The notes under the pieces were generated by a model. The model had not been told where the DNA came from. It searched no databases and saw only the letters and a program-made list of their open reading frames with translations. 64,000 nucleotides of DNA from Ancylonema sp. (taxonomy: Eukaryota). This document shows, one piece after another, positions 11,982 through 25,392 of the stretch. Every line of letters begins with the position of its first letter. Position 1 is the first letter of the stretch. The stretch is taken from NCBI GenBank assembly GCA_050230475.1, contig JBFLGF010000218.1, forward strand, positions 1-64,000, given 5' to 3'. A program made the position numbers and the translations under genes.

Positions 11982-14900
11982 ATGACAGGCTGCGAGGACA
12001 TTCTCCTCAGTTCCGGTTGGCTCGCCCGAAAGAGAAATGACACGGAATGGACAGGGGAGCAGCTAATTTCCACAAACAATCCTCATCATGCAGGAGGGAT
12101 AGGATGGCTTTCTGCTATTGTACCCGGCACGTAAGACATAGTCTACTCGATTGCGTAGATTAATTTAGAGGGGATGTTTTTGTCACTGAGCTGTTGTATT
12201 GTGACGTTTGGACAGTGCAGGCAACCGCGTGTCAATTTTCCCTGTCTGGTGCCTTTGTTGATTACTCTCCTGATCTTTTGCTTAGGTCCGTGTGCAGCCT
12301 GGCGGTGCACAGTCCAGACACGCGTGTTTTCCTTTCCCGACCCTCGTGAAGTGTTCTCACGACCCTCGTGAAGAATGGTGTGTATCCCGACCCCTTATAT
12401 GGCATCAACTCTCAGAAAACTCCTGACATAGGAACTGTGGGGAGAGAATTCTTCACATACTGGTTCTGCAAGGAACTGGCCGTCCCTCAGGTGGCAGAAA
12501 TGAGGAGACTTCATTCACCGCTGGCGCCGACATCCACCACCGCTGACCGTTGACCGAGTCCTCTCGGGTGGGTGCCTACAGGTGAAGGAACACGGCCGAG
12601 TGTGGCTGCACTTCAGGGGCATCAACTATTCGGCAGAGATCTATGTCTCTGGAACTCAAATCGCCCTAGAGCAGCCACGTGGCATGTTCTTGAGACGGCA
12701 GCTGGATATAACAGATGCATTGAAAACAGGTACAGGAGCACACAGTCCCTACTGTAGCCGCCCATCTTTTACCACCTCCTTCTCTCTTTTTTCTCCCAGG
12801 TGGGGCCCACCATTTGTGCGTGCTTGTACACCCCCCCGACCACCCTGGGAGGGTGGAAGAGGGTGGACAGGGAGGGGACCACGACATCGCTAAAGATGTG
12901 ACCGCGCAGTGTGTGGAAGGCTGGGATTGGATCATCCCAATCCGTGACCGCAACACGGGCATCTGGGACGAAGTTCGCTTGCACCTCAAAGGGCCAGCGG
13001 TTATCCGTGACCCGCACCTTGTGGCCACCTTCCCGGATTCCACTCGCAGCTCCGCCTGGCTCCATGTCTCCGTGGACCTGGTCATCGCCTCCCTACGACC
13101 CGTGGTTGGCCGTGTGGTGCTTGTGGTGTCCAGGGAGGGGGAGGAAGAGTGTTGTCTAGAGAAGGTGGTGGAGGAGAAGGTGGAGATCGGGGGCGGCTGC
13201 TCGCTGACGCACACCTTTGCGCCGTCTTTCTTCCCGCATGTGGCCTTGTGGTGGCCCAACGGCCTGGGCGCCCACCCGCTGTACACTGTAGAAGTCGCAC
13301 TGGAAGTGGATGGGTGGGGAGAGTCGGATTGCTGGAAGCACGACTTCGGATTCCGAGACATCCAGTCACACATTCATCCCGTTTCCAAGGCCAGGTGGGA
13401 ACCTGTCTCTATCCCTCTCCCCTCTACTTTCCTTCCCGTCTCCTCACCCCTCTGTACCTCCTTGTATGTGTGTGGTAATGGGTATGGTGGTGCAGGGTCT
13501 TTGAGGTGAACGGCTGTCCGCTGTTTGTGCGGGGGGGGAACTGGAGCATATCAGACGCGATGCTCCGTCTCTCTCCTGAACGATACGAGACGGAAATCGG
13601 ATTCCATGCCGACGCCAACCTGAATATGATTCGCGTGGGATGTTTTCGAACCTAAATGAGCCCGCCTGATGTACAATGTCGCCACGTATAATAGATGTTT
13701 ATTTTGCGGCATTCTTCATGCCGATTTTGATAAGGCTTGGGTGTATGTGGCAATCTTTTGAAGCAGTTGTTTGCAGAATGTAGAGAGAAGGCTGCTTTCA
13801 ATCCCTAACAGTTTTGCAACTATGCAGTTATGATGCTAGAGCTGGTGAATGCCACACGATCCAAACTAACCACTATGTGGCAGACCACGATTTTGCAGGA
13901 CTCACAATAGCAAAGGAAACAAAGGTGACACTATTTTTGTGTTGTATTCTTCCGTCCCCTTCCAGGTGTGGGGAGGGGCTCTAGCTGAGCGTCCTGCCTT
14001 CTACTCTGCCTGCGATCGTCGAGGCATTCTGGTCTGGCAGGACCTGTGGATCACTGGGGACTGCAACGGGCGCGGCATCCCCCCCACCGACAACTCGTGG
14101 CCGTTGGATCACCCCCTCTTCCTTCAATCCGTCCACGACACCGTGAAGCTCCTGAGGAACCACGCCAGCCCGGCGGTGTGGGTGGGGGGGAACGAAGTCA
14201 TCCCAGCCCCAGATCTGAACGCCCGCCTCGTCCAAGATTTCCGCCTCAGTCATGAGAACAGTGGGCAGGAGGACCCGAGTCTGGCCCTAGACGGCACGCG
14301 GGTATACATCCCTGGGTCCCTCTGGGGGGGTCTGGCGGCTGGGGATGGGAGGTGGTCGGATGGACCCTACGGCATCCAGAACCCGGAAGACTACTTTGCC
14401 CCCGGCTTCTACCAATGGGGCTTCAATCCCGAAATTGGCAGCGTGGGGGTGCCCGAGGCAGCCACCATCCGCTCCACCATGCCTTCACACGCGTGGGATT
14501 TCCCACAGATACGAATCAACAAAGCAGGAGAGGAGGTGGAGGTTCCCAACCCCGTTTGGCAGTGGCACACCTACATCGCATACTCCTCCCCTGGGAAAGT
14601 CCCCCACCAAATCGCCCAGTACGGGCGGCCACGCGACCTGGATTCCGTCCAGTACCGTGCGCTGGTGGAATGTTGGAACATCCGAATGTGGTCCCCCTAC
14701 ACGGGGGTGCTCATATGGAAGACGCAGAACCCGTGGCCAGGACTCAGGGGCCAGCTGTACGACTGCCAGCTGGACGTATGCGGAGGGCTGTTTGGGGTGC
14801 AGAGCGCTGCCGAGCCCATACACGTGCAGCTCAATCTGTACACGTGGCAGATAGAGGTGTTGAACGCCAGCAGGGAGGCCCTGGAGGGGGCCACAGTCAC

Positions 14901-15545
14901 TGCTGAGGTGTGGCCCCTGGAGGGGTCCGCCCCCCTGATCAGTCGCCGCGTGGGGGGGGTGAGGCTGCCCCCCTTCACCACGGGGGAGGTCCGACGCCCA
15001 CCGCTTCGTTCCTCCTCCTCCTCCTGCACGATTCCGAGGGGCAACTGGTCTCCAGGAACCTGTATTGGGAGCGACCAGAAGGGGGAGACTACAGCTCATT
15101 GGAGGGGAGAGTCAGGGACCGGAAAATCCGATTGAGTTCGGAGAGCACCAGCCGTGTGGCAGGGAGGGAGTGTGGGACGCTCGTCACCCTCACGAAGGGA
15201 AACCTGACGGGAAGCAGGAGAGGGGAGGGTCGTCCATCCATGAGTGGGTGGACGTGACATCCTGTAGCTCACAAGTTGGAGGGGGAGCAAGACGGGTGCG
15301 CTGCAGGAGTTGCATTCTTTGTTCGCCTCCTTGTTGAGGTGGAGGGTGGTGAGGGTGGCAGCGTGGGGGATGGGCGGCTGCTCGGGGTGCGCTACTCGGA
15401 CAACTATGTGTCTCTCGTGCCGGGGGAAAGTGTGGGTCTCACGCTGCGCTTTCAAACGCCAACGGAGGGGAGTGTGCGGATTGTGATGCGCGGATGGAAT
15501 GTGGAAGATCGAGTGATAGGAACGGTTACGGGATTAGAGACATGA
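11982..15545 (+). CDS. EBM: GH2 mannosylglycoprotein endo-beta-mannosidase (plant EBM-like); 3' exon carries reading-frame lesions
   Basis: Exons ~11982-12130, 12352-12490, 12582-12729, 12800-13394, 13497-13634 and 13966-15545. Motifs [116 protein letters not shown]. Frameshift near 14990 and in-frame TGA at 15255. Confidence 0.88.
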
Positions 15546-15701
15546 ACCTCCACTCGTTCCTTCGTATCGCACCAAACTACGAGTTCTACTTTTGGTTGTT
15601 TACGGCATTTTGCAGCATTTGATAAGCCACTGCAAGGTGGATATCCATGTGGGGTGGAAGGGTTGGTGGTGTGTGTGGGCTCATGGTACATACATTCGAC
15701 A

Positions 15702-15706
<5 letters not shown>

Positions 15707-15796
<90 letters not shown>

Positions 15797-15816
15797 TGTG
15801 TGTGTGTGTGCGTGTG
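15707..15816. repeat. (TG)n microsatellite
   Basis: Directly visible. Confidence 0.98.
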
Positions 15817-18716
15817 TTTTCCAGCTACACCATCAAAATGCGATCAGTTTGCCTCTTAGCGTGTTGGAGGTCTCACGAGAGCCACTAGCCACAAATAGTT
15901 TACGGAATCGATGACAACAACCTTTTTTTTGCGGGGTAGTTTGCAATCATGCACACTTAGCGCAACCACGCTAGAAGTTCCTTGATGCACCACACCGTTC
16001 ACCTACTTCTTTCCACAAGTGTCGTTGCCTTCAATTAATAAAACGATGAACTCGGTGTCACAGTTGTAAAGGCCATTGACTTTTATATGGCCCCATTTGG
16101 AGACGAGAGTCTCAATGGTCTTGTATTCTTTGATGAAGGACGGATCGTTTCGGGGAATCCTGATAAACTGGAGTTATGTGACCAATAATGTTGCACAATA
16201 TTTTTGAAAACTTGTAAAAACGTATCGTGGCGAGTCGATATCGTGTTGCAGGTGAAAGGAATACACAAAATATCGATAGCGAAATGACAACATGAAGCAT
16301 GCATTATACAAAGTTGAATCGTGGGTTTTAGTATATGACTTGCATGACCATCATCGTATCATTTTGTGTTGTGCATATGCACCCTAAGTTCTATACTCAT
16401 CGGAATTGCATGCATGAATAGTATGCAATTCATTCTACTTTCAGTTCTTGTTCAATAGTCCTAACCATAGTTGGCATTCATCCCAATCATAGGATTACGA
16501 AACGCAATAAGATTCGGATGGACAGAACACGACCGAAACACCGATCGGTCAATGGAAACCAAAATACCAATGCCAAAATACGACCAAGTGCTAAATCCGT
16601 CTCGGCATAGGAGAGTGCAAATTTGCGTGAACGGGCGCTTGAGGAAGCGTATGCGGCAAAATAGTTGTACCTTCGACACCTGGAAGAGTACTTGTATTGT
16701 ATATACAATATGACTTGTCAAGAAGGATGGTCGATCGGGTGCACGAGATGTCTTACAAGCACGTATTTATGTTCGTATCTCATGAGTGATTGGGGGATTG
16801 AAGTTCTAAAATATCAAAAGACGAAGTGTACTAGGGAATGCTAGATGATTGGGTTGGTGATAGGGGGTCGCTTTAGTTGAGAGGTGCACATCTAGACGGT
16901 GCATTTCCGTTTGCAGTGTGTTTTTCTTTCTCATTTGTAGAGATCGACCTTTCAAGGACTGAAACATATTGGCGCATCCGCTCCACAAATCTCAGACAAC
17001 GACATGTAGTCCAATATTTAAATTTACTCCGTGTTGATTGGTCTTCGTATGATACCCCCCAACGCCTTCACATGCACCGAGTGGATGTGAAGGCGTTATG
17101 TGAAGTGCTCATAACGTGTTGACCCTGAATGGGTCTGGCCCATGGTTCCAACCCTACCCTGACCCCCGGTCGAGGCGGAAACAATCCGCCCGAGATAGGG
17201 CCATACAATTGCACATTGTTTTTTTTTTTTTTGCTTTTCTATTTTTTTTTTACAATTATTACCCAGCACTCGTGCACTTAAAGTGAAATTCTAGCCAAAT
17301 CCAATGGGGTTTACATGTTCAAGATCACGTTTGGAAACAAAATCCAACATCACGAGAACGCGATGTGCAAAATTATCCAACTTGCACGAAGACAAGCAAG
17401 CTCTACTTTATTTAGTTTTCCAAGTGTTGAGTCGGTGTCAACGTTTGGATTTGTGCGAAGGTCAATTCTGGTCCCATATTATGACACCCCTTTTCTTGTT
17501 GGAATATCACGAGCATAAGGAGGAAATGAATCGCATATCTTCACTCCGCATTCCACACTTACGCTCTCGCACTCCGAAATCCATTCCCGAACTCCCGTAC
17601 TCCAAGCTAGCCAACATCAATACCATCTCGAGAGTTTCAATGTTATCTTGGTAACATCGAAAAAATGTTGCGATACTTTTATAAAATCGAGTGGGGTGAT
17701 AATAATCTAGGATTTCGCATCGTCTTTGGAGCCGATACCGACAGCTCCCCTCTTCACATCGACACATAACGCCAACCTCTCGCAAAACATGATTATGACA
17801 AAAGTTGAGTGGAATGTAAAAATTATATGGATTTATTTTATTTCTAGATGCATATTATAGATATTTATGTACAATTCATTCGGCCTTACAAGTCATTTTC
17901 ATACACCTTCTGAATATTGGTTTCATTTGACGTGGATCATCATCGAATATAAATTCAAATTTAGGTTTCATTTTGAATCGTCAACTTCTCTACAAGAATG
18001 CAAGGGTTTGTTGCTTGATTTCGATATAAATTACATTCCATCAAATCATTTTTTTGGTTGCTTCGTTGTCATTTTTTTTTTCCAATAATGCAATGTTATC
18101 AATGCGTGTACGGATGTCAATGTTTCCACCGCCAGTGAATCACCCTCTCCGCCGCCCTGGCAATAGGGTAGTAAATTTGACGTTATCCGGACTTCGGCGT
18201 GATTAATACAGAAGAAGTTTACGAATCACCGTAGTATCGTTATTTTACAAAAAAATCCATGTAATTTGACGATGGCCTTACATGTAAATCGTAATTGAGG
18301 TAATTACCAATTTACATTCATGACGATTAAAATGTAAGAATTACACCTAGCAACTTTAGGTACACCACTTTTTTTTATATAACTTTTTTTTTCTCCCCCC
18401 CCCCCTCTTCCCACCGATTTTCTCTATGCGTGAGGTTGCCTGACAATCTACCACTTTCCTCGTGCAATAACATACTAGGACTTCCGTTGTGGAACCACGA
18501 TGAAGACGACGACGACGCCATGAAAGTCATGTGATGGAATACACAATGACTTGGAATCCCCATGACATTTGTCTTATTCCGAGGCTGGAGGACGATGCTT
18601 TCAGAGAAGATATGAGGACGGAAGAACAATGTTTTGTATGTTTTGATAAAATCTTGTTTGTTGTGAAATATAATAAAATGAAGAGAATCGGTGTCATGGA
18701 TTAGTTGAAATATGTG

Positions 18717-18830
<114 letters not shown>

Positions 18831-19253
18831 TTAAAATGAAGCAAAAAATCATTTTCTTTGCTACACATTGCCAACACGATAGCAATGCAAGTTGTAAATA
18901 GGTTTTTACATGTTGTTAAAAAATGAAAAGTTAGCATTGCATTTTGTGAAGGAGAAAAGGACACATCTAGCACTAGAAGAAGTAGGTTGAGAAAGAAATG
19001 GAATATTGGACTTGAGGGGAGATGATGCATTACAACATAAAAAGGAAAAATATGGTGTATTGATTTCGAAGGGAAGAGAAGGTTAATTTATTTTGGTACA
19101 CATCTAGATAATAACATTGATAACTTCGTTCATGTTAGACATATAATATGCAAACTACATATTTTAAATATTGAAAAAAAAAACTATCCACACACCATTT
19201 TTTATTTTTTTTCCAATAAATATAATCAAAATTCTTCCATATTTCGTGTAATC

Positions 19254-19597
19254 CATAGATGTACACGCCCGTCAAAATCTCCGCCGGGCGGTGCCCGCGG
19301 GCGAACCCGCCGGCGGGCGGACCGCGGGCGGGATTGTCCACGTTGCGCGCGGGTATATAGTGCTTTCTTAGGGTTCTGGTGTTTTCAGTTTTTAAAAATC
19401 AACACTTATCGAAAAAAAAAAGTGTTTTTCTCAACTACATAATTTCGTCTACATGTTTTTTTTTTTTTTTAAGAATGTCATAAAACGTCTAGAAGCTATG
19501 ATTTTTGGAAATTCCTTTCTCGAAATCTCGAAATTCAGCGCGCGAAAATATCCGAGGCGAGCGGAAATATCCCCGCCCGCGGGCGGGTATATCCATG
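19254..19597. mobile_element. hAT-like MITE
   Basis: TIRs catagatgtacacgcccg / cgggcgggtatatccatg. 8-bp TSD gtgtaatc (19246-19253) / gtgtcatc (19598-19605), 7/8 match. Confidence 0.8.
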
Positions 19598-20306
19598 GTG
19601 TCATCGCCATTTTGGCCATGTATTACGTAATTGAGCAAATCGATGTAATTTGTAAGATTACGGTAAGATTAATGTAAAAAACGGCAATTGACGTATTACG
19701 TAAGCAGCCCAATGAGTCTATGAGCCCAATCAGGATCTGGGCTCCTAGATTCCAGCTGGACTTGGATGGCAGCCGAGCCCCGAGCCACAAACTTTCTTTG
19801 GTCTCGCCTGATTCATGATTCGTCATCTGCCGCGTGTCGCCAACAGACACTTCCCCGTTTTCTCCTCTGTATCCCCTCGTTCGTGTGAGTCACATCCTGT
19901 GACTCACAGATATCGAACATGCCCGCCACGTTGTATGAAATGATTGGGTATTCAGAGACGCATTTTGACAATTTGTCGCCGATGCAGCTGCGAGGGAACG
20001 AGGGCGACGCTACTTCGGCAGCGACTGGACTCATCAGTAGTGATACTTGTAGGACAGCCGAAAATTCCGATAGAAAGCCGTCACGCCACGTCGCGAAAGT
20101 GTGTGGCACATACGGAATCGTGATTGGTCGGCCATTGGAGAGTGAACACTGCGGACTACGACTTTTAACGACTCCATGTCTCCATGAATACGATCCTACC
20201 TTTTCCGTCATACGACCTTGATACCACTTACATCATTTGTGTAAGTGAAGAATGTATCACATCACAATCGCGTACGTTCAATAGTCGGCCAGTCAAAGCA
20301 GCCGTA

Positions 20307-22510
20307 ATGTCTTCACAGGCAGGGCAGACGCTCCTCTTCCTTTTCATCGTGATGCTTATCTGTCCCATCACCGAAGCGGTATCGAGAAACCTTCTCGACC
20401 CAGGTATTCCTCCGTCCCTTCCTAGGGAACCACCCCCTCCTGCCCCCGACACGACCCCGACTCTACACTCACCTCCACTTTCACTTCCATCTTCTCAACT
20501 ACAACCGCCACCCCCACTCCCTCCTATGCAGCCTCACCCCTCTCCCGTTCCTCTACTCATCTCGCCCCCTTCTCCCTCACCACCAGGAGTCAGCCCTCCA
20601 TTTCCCCCATACACACCCCCGCCCTCACCTGCCGTCACGATACCTCCTGAACCACCTCCTTCCCCCCCCTCTATCCTTCCCCCGCGACTCTCGCCCCCTC
20701 CGCCACCATCTCCCCAACCGTCCCCTCCATCTTCTCCAACCCCCCGCCTTCTCCTCTCGCCACTATGTCCCCCAACCCGCCATTGGTAGGACGACCCCCC
20801 GCGTCCCTACCACCGCTGCTCTTGCCCCCCCCCTCACCTTCACAAGCCAACCCTCCCCCCTCTCCATCCCTCCCCCCCCCCCTTACCCCTATCCTCAATT
20901 TACCTCCAGGTATACCCCCCCTCCCACCACTGCTACCACCCCCTCCCTCTTCCCTTCCACCGTTGCTCTCTATCCCGCCTCCCCCTTCTCCTCAAGGCCC
21001 ACCTCCCCCCCCTTCCCCGACCCTCATTTTACCTCCTCCACTGCCCCCCCTCCCACCAGTGCTAGCCCCCCCCCCCCCCTTACCCTCTCCTCTGCTGAGC
21101 CTGCCCTTTCCCTCCCTCTTCCGCCTCCTTCCCCCCTCCCCACCGCCTACTCTTCCCGCCCCTCTTCTCCCCCCCTCAGCGCCTCCCTTCTTCCCTCCTC
21201 CCGTTGTGAGCGCAGTCCCACCAAGAGACGAGACCAAGGGTCCCATCCCCCATAAGCCACCCCCCTCCCACCGTCCACAACATCCTTCCCAACCTCCCCA
21301 CCCTCTCCACCCTCCACCGCGTCCTCCTCGCCATCCCCCCCCACATCCCCCCCCGCCTCCTCCTGCACGCGTGGACCACTACGTATTGACTGTAAGTCAT
21401 CTCTCCCCCCTGCCGGAAGCCCCCCATGGGTCTTCCGCTTACCCTCAACGTCTCCGCCCCCTCCCTGCAGTGTTCTGTCCAGACGGTTTCTGCCCTGTGC
21501 TACGGGTCGCAGTCGGATGCCGTGGTTCCCTTCAGCACCGCGGCACATTTGTACATCGGCAACCCGGCTGTAATCATGGCCACAGGTGAGGTAGCACATG
21601 GGTACTACTGCAGCACACGCGTTGGGCTCATTGCAACTTTCCTTTTTCTCTCATCTTTCCCCTTTCCCCTTCCTTGACCCCCCTTCTCCCTTTCTCCCTT
21701 CCCCCGTGGATATCTGATCCCCGTCCGCAGACCCTTTTGCTTCATGCTCCTCTTCCCTCTTCCTGCTGCTGGTCACACCCGTCGCAATTCAGCCCTTGCC
21801 CGTTTTGCCTCCCGAGTATTCGCGAGTGGATGGAGTGTTTCCAATTGGTTTGCTGGGTCGGCGGACACCATTCAGCTTGTGGTCACCAACACACTTCCCA
21901 ACGTTTCCATCGTCCTCTCCACCCTTACCCCCCGCCACGGAGCCCTTCTCTCGTTGCCCAAGGGGCAGAGGAGCTCCACATTCAAGGTAAGGATGTCGCA
22001 GAACATCAGATGTGGATGAGAGGGCTGTGAGGCACAAGGGGTCGTCACACGAGATGTGGAGGAGTCGACTTGGTGACCCCTACCTCCTCTCTCTGTTCAT
22101 CTCCTCTCTTTGTACTTGCGCAGTTCAAAGCGACTTCGTTTACGCAAAAGTACGTCACCCTTGATGGCGTCCAGAACTACTTCCTCTCCCTCACCAACTC
22201 GCTCGCCCCAAATGTGTTGGAGGCCGTGATTCTGTACCACCCCTTTTCTGTCGCCACCGGCCGAATCTCTCAATCATCGTATGTGCTGTACCAAACAGAC
22301 GTGAATGGCACCGTCTCCTTCATGTTGTTTGAAACCGGCTATGACGTCATCGGTAGCAAGAGACGCAGAGCCCTGCTTTCCACCAGTGGTGGCTCCTATT
22401 CCTCCAGCTCCTCTGGTTGCACTTGTTACCAGAATCAACACCCGGCCCCTTCCTGTTCAAGGGATTTCAAATGTTACCCCTCCTGCCGGTATCGTTGCAC
22501 CAAATGTTAA
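20307..22510 (+). CDS. Secreted proline-rich (extensin/HRGP-like) chimeric protein with globular C-terminal region and Cys-rich tail
   Basis: Signal-peptide-like MSSQAGQTLLFLFIVMLICPITEA; ~330 aa of SPn/PPLP repeats with one apparent frameshift near 20750 in C-runs. GT-AG introns start at ~21392, ~21587 and ~21988. The last exon (22124-22510) ends KRRRALLS..CTCYQ..CSRDFKCYPSCRYRCTKC. Confidence 0.7.
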
Positions 22511-23139
22511 CACAGCTTGCGCACCAAGTCCTTTCCTTTTGGGCGTCTCAAAATTTGTGGAGCTCCCAAAAAAAAAGGACTTTTTAGCGCAAGTGTGTTC
22601 ACAGTGAAAAGAGGCTTGCACTCGAATGTGGTCATAGCGAGTGAGTGCCGGACGTGGAGAAGATTAGCAATCAATTTCGTAGGTCAAGAGTACTTCGCGG
22701 AACTATATTCAATAAGTGTACATCCGGCTATTTTATATTGATAATTGTAATGAAGTTTTTTTTTTTTGGTTTTAGAAAAGAGTGTGTACTCGCCCATTGC
22801 AATAAGTGGCTTTGTAGAAGGTAGGCTTAAGTTATTGCAATAAGTGGGTCACATGTGCAGTCTTCGTGCACATGTGGAGAAGGGATGTCTCTGCTCTCTC
22901 AACAAGGAGCCTCGGTGTTTTATGTGAGAAAAGATTTTGTATAGACACACATACATGAATATCGACTTTCCATTGTTGGTTTATCTATCATTCCTTGATA
23001 GATAACGAAGCAACCAAAATGCTTAATCAAACATGATTTGAATGTATTAAAGTCCAATAAAAAATGCACCTGTAAATCTTTTGGAAGTATGATTATCGTT
23101 TCACGTTTCTCAAAACGCTTATGTAGAAGAGTGAACATA

Positions 23140-23309
23140 CAGTAAAACCCGCCGAAAGGAATACTGCCTGAGGGAATATCTTCTCTAACGGAATAGAAAC
23201 ATGCGGTTCTAAAACCGTATTTGTTAGGAACTGTCTCTGTCTAAATGAATAATCTGTCTAAAGGAATATTATTTCCCGGTCCCGGTAAACCTTTAGATAG
23301 GATTTACTG
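23140..23309. mobile_element. Tc1/mariner (pogo-like) MITE
   Basis: TA|cagtaaaaccc ... aggatttactg|TA, with internal ggaata repeats. Confidence 0.8.
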
Positions 23310-24559
23310 TATCTCTTATTCGGTTCACGCCTCCGTCCACAAACATAGTTGGATTATAAGAATAATCCAAATAATCCGGTTTCAGTAGAATTTAACAATT
23401 ACTTATTTATCCTGTAACCAATATTTCACTTCTCAAAAAAAAAAAAAAACTCCCGCTCATTTAACTCAAGAGATAACTCGCTTAGGTAACACTTGTGAAA
23501 GGGCAACACCGTGTGAGGTGTGTGAACCATCATGATCTTTTCATGCTACACTCAAGATGAACTCAAATTAAACTCCCTAACCAAAGCTTATGCAGTGGAC
23601 CATACTCACGAGCACTTTTGTTTTGAAACCATTTGTCAGTTCGGGCCTACACAAGTTTGGGAGTTCCAATTTAGAACGCGTTCCGGAAGTCAACGAACGG
23701 TTTGAGGCAAACAAGGGGAAAACAACCTCGGGGTTCTTACGCCAAACTGAGTGCATATGATGTTGTACCATACCTCACACGTGCAAAATAGACACATTGG
23801 TGCAAGTCATAGGCACCAAATTCATTCCGTCACAAAGTCACATAGTCACAAAGCCCGTACTAGCGTTAGCTCATTCGGGCCTCTAGTTTGCACCAAATTT
23901 TGTAAGGAAGACATGGAAGGGCATTGATTTAGGCACTTACACAAAACTCGGTTAGTTGCAAAAGAAATACTATATTATCAACGTGAACGTGACGGGACGT
24001 GTTGTTCGGTCAATGGATTCCATAAGTATTTCGATACTCATAAATGTTCGGGTTCCGAATATGTGTCGTAAGCAGTTACTAAGGTATTGAATAATTACAC
24101 TCCCCGACGTTGAGGGGAATCATTCTCGATTCATTTGACGGGTTGTTCTTTTGTATAATTTTCTTTTAGTCACGCATTATTGCCTACCGTATTTGACTCC
24201 GCCCCGCAAATCCCGCCATAGAGGTTTTTTAGGTTTGGGGGAAAAGGACCTCAAGACCACGTAGATCATGTACATCTTTTAAAAATTTAAATCCGACAAT
24301 ATTTTATAACACTAAGTACGCCTGCCATCTTTACCCGTGTCATAATTTTCTTATATCTCAAGTTCCATTTTTTTGTTTTTTTGTTTTTATCGCATTGTAC
24401 CACGCCACGACACGGAGTGGGACTCATGGGTGACACTAGATGATGTCGGACGTGTGGCGTATGGCGCACATTGTGCAAGAAGTCGGTTTTGAACCAAACC
24501 AACCATATTTCCGCATTGCGGCAATTTTATTTTTATTTGTATTTTGGCCTTGGCTCCGC

Positions 24560-24958
24560 CCCACAAATGCCACCCCGCTTTCCGCCCCGTGCGGGCCCGC
24601 CCCGGGCGGCGCCCCGGGCGGAAAATTCTCCGCCCGGGGCGGGGCCAACTATGTCGTCTACCCATTCGGAGTTTGTACGAGTAGGTTTCAAGCATGGTTG
24701 GCGGGAAAAAACCCGTATCGGAACAAAAACTATAATTTTCGAAAGTGCCATGAATTTTCGGAACCACGTTGCGGCTTTATCTTGAATTTTGTTACATGTT
24801 TTGAGGACGTTGAAGAGTCTTTGCCTCCTAAATACTTATTTTTCCATATGTTTTTAGCAAGTATATACCTCCCGCCCCACTTTCTAACCCGCCCGGGCAA
24901 ACCCGCCCCCCTTCCCGCCTTGGGCGGAGAGTGTCTCCCGGGGCGGGGCCAACTGTGA
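24560..24958. mobile_element. GC-rich MITE remnants with two right-hand ends of the CATAGTTG-terminus type
   Basis: cggggcggggccaactatg (ends 24653) and cggggcggggccaactgtg (ends ~24957). A related end lies at ~33174 (tagttggctccgcccggggcg). Confidence 0.45.
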
Positions 24959-25284
24959 TTTCGGGTCGAGTATCGGACCCGAAGATGAAAATACCTAACC
25001 CGACCGGCCTGCGGAGGCAATGAGTGATTCGCGCCGCTTTGGATGGCGTCGGCTTTGACATAGCGTCGTAAACAACGATTTTCAAAACCGATAGCAAAGT
25101 AATTCAAGACAGTAATGCATAATCGTAAGACTATGCGTGTGATTCGATGACGTGCAGGAGGCACAAATTATGGATAAGGTAATATTTTTCAAAGTTAACC
25201 AACAACTGGTAAGCGAAGCACACTAACGTTGCCCCGCGCGCACTAAAATAGAAACCAAACAGACAAACAAAAAGGGATTGTTAC

Positions 25285-25392
25285 CATAGTTGGACCCGAT
25301 CCCGCCCGATACCCTATCCGGATCGGATTTGGATCGGAGCCGATCAAGATCCGAAACAGATCGGAGATTCCCCCATCGGATCGGATCGGGCG
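25285..25392. mobile_element. Left end of a GATCGG-rich hAT-like MITE related to 29308-29506
   Basis: catagttggacccgat.. followed by repeated ggatcgg motifs, as at 29308. Confidence 0.55.

Noticed and set aside
16050..17800. Possible decayed coding or TE remnant
   Set aside because: Looks coding-like, but no motif could be assigned with confidence in any frame.
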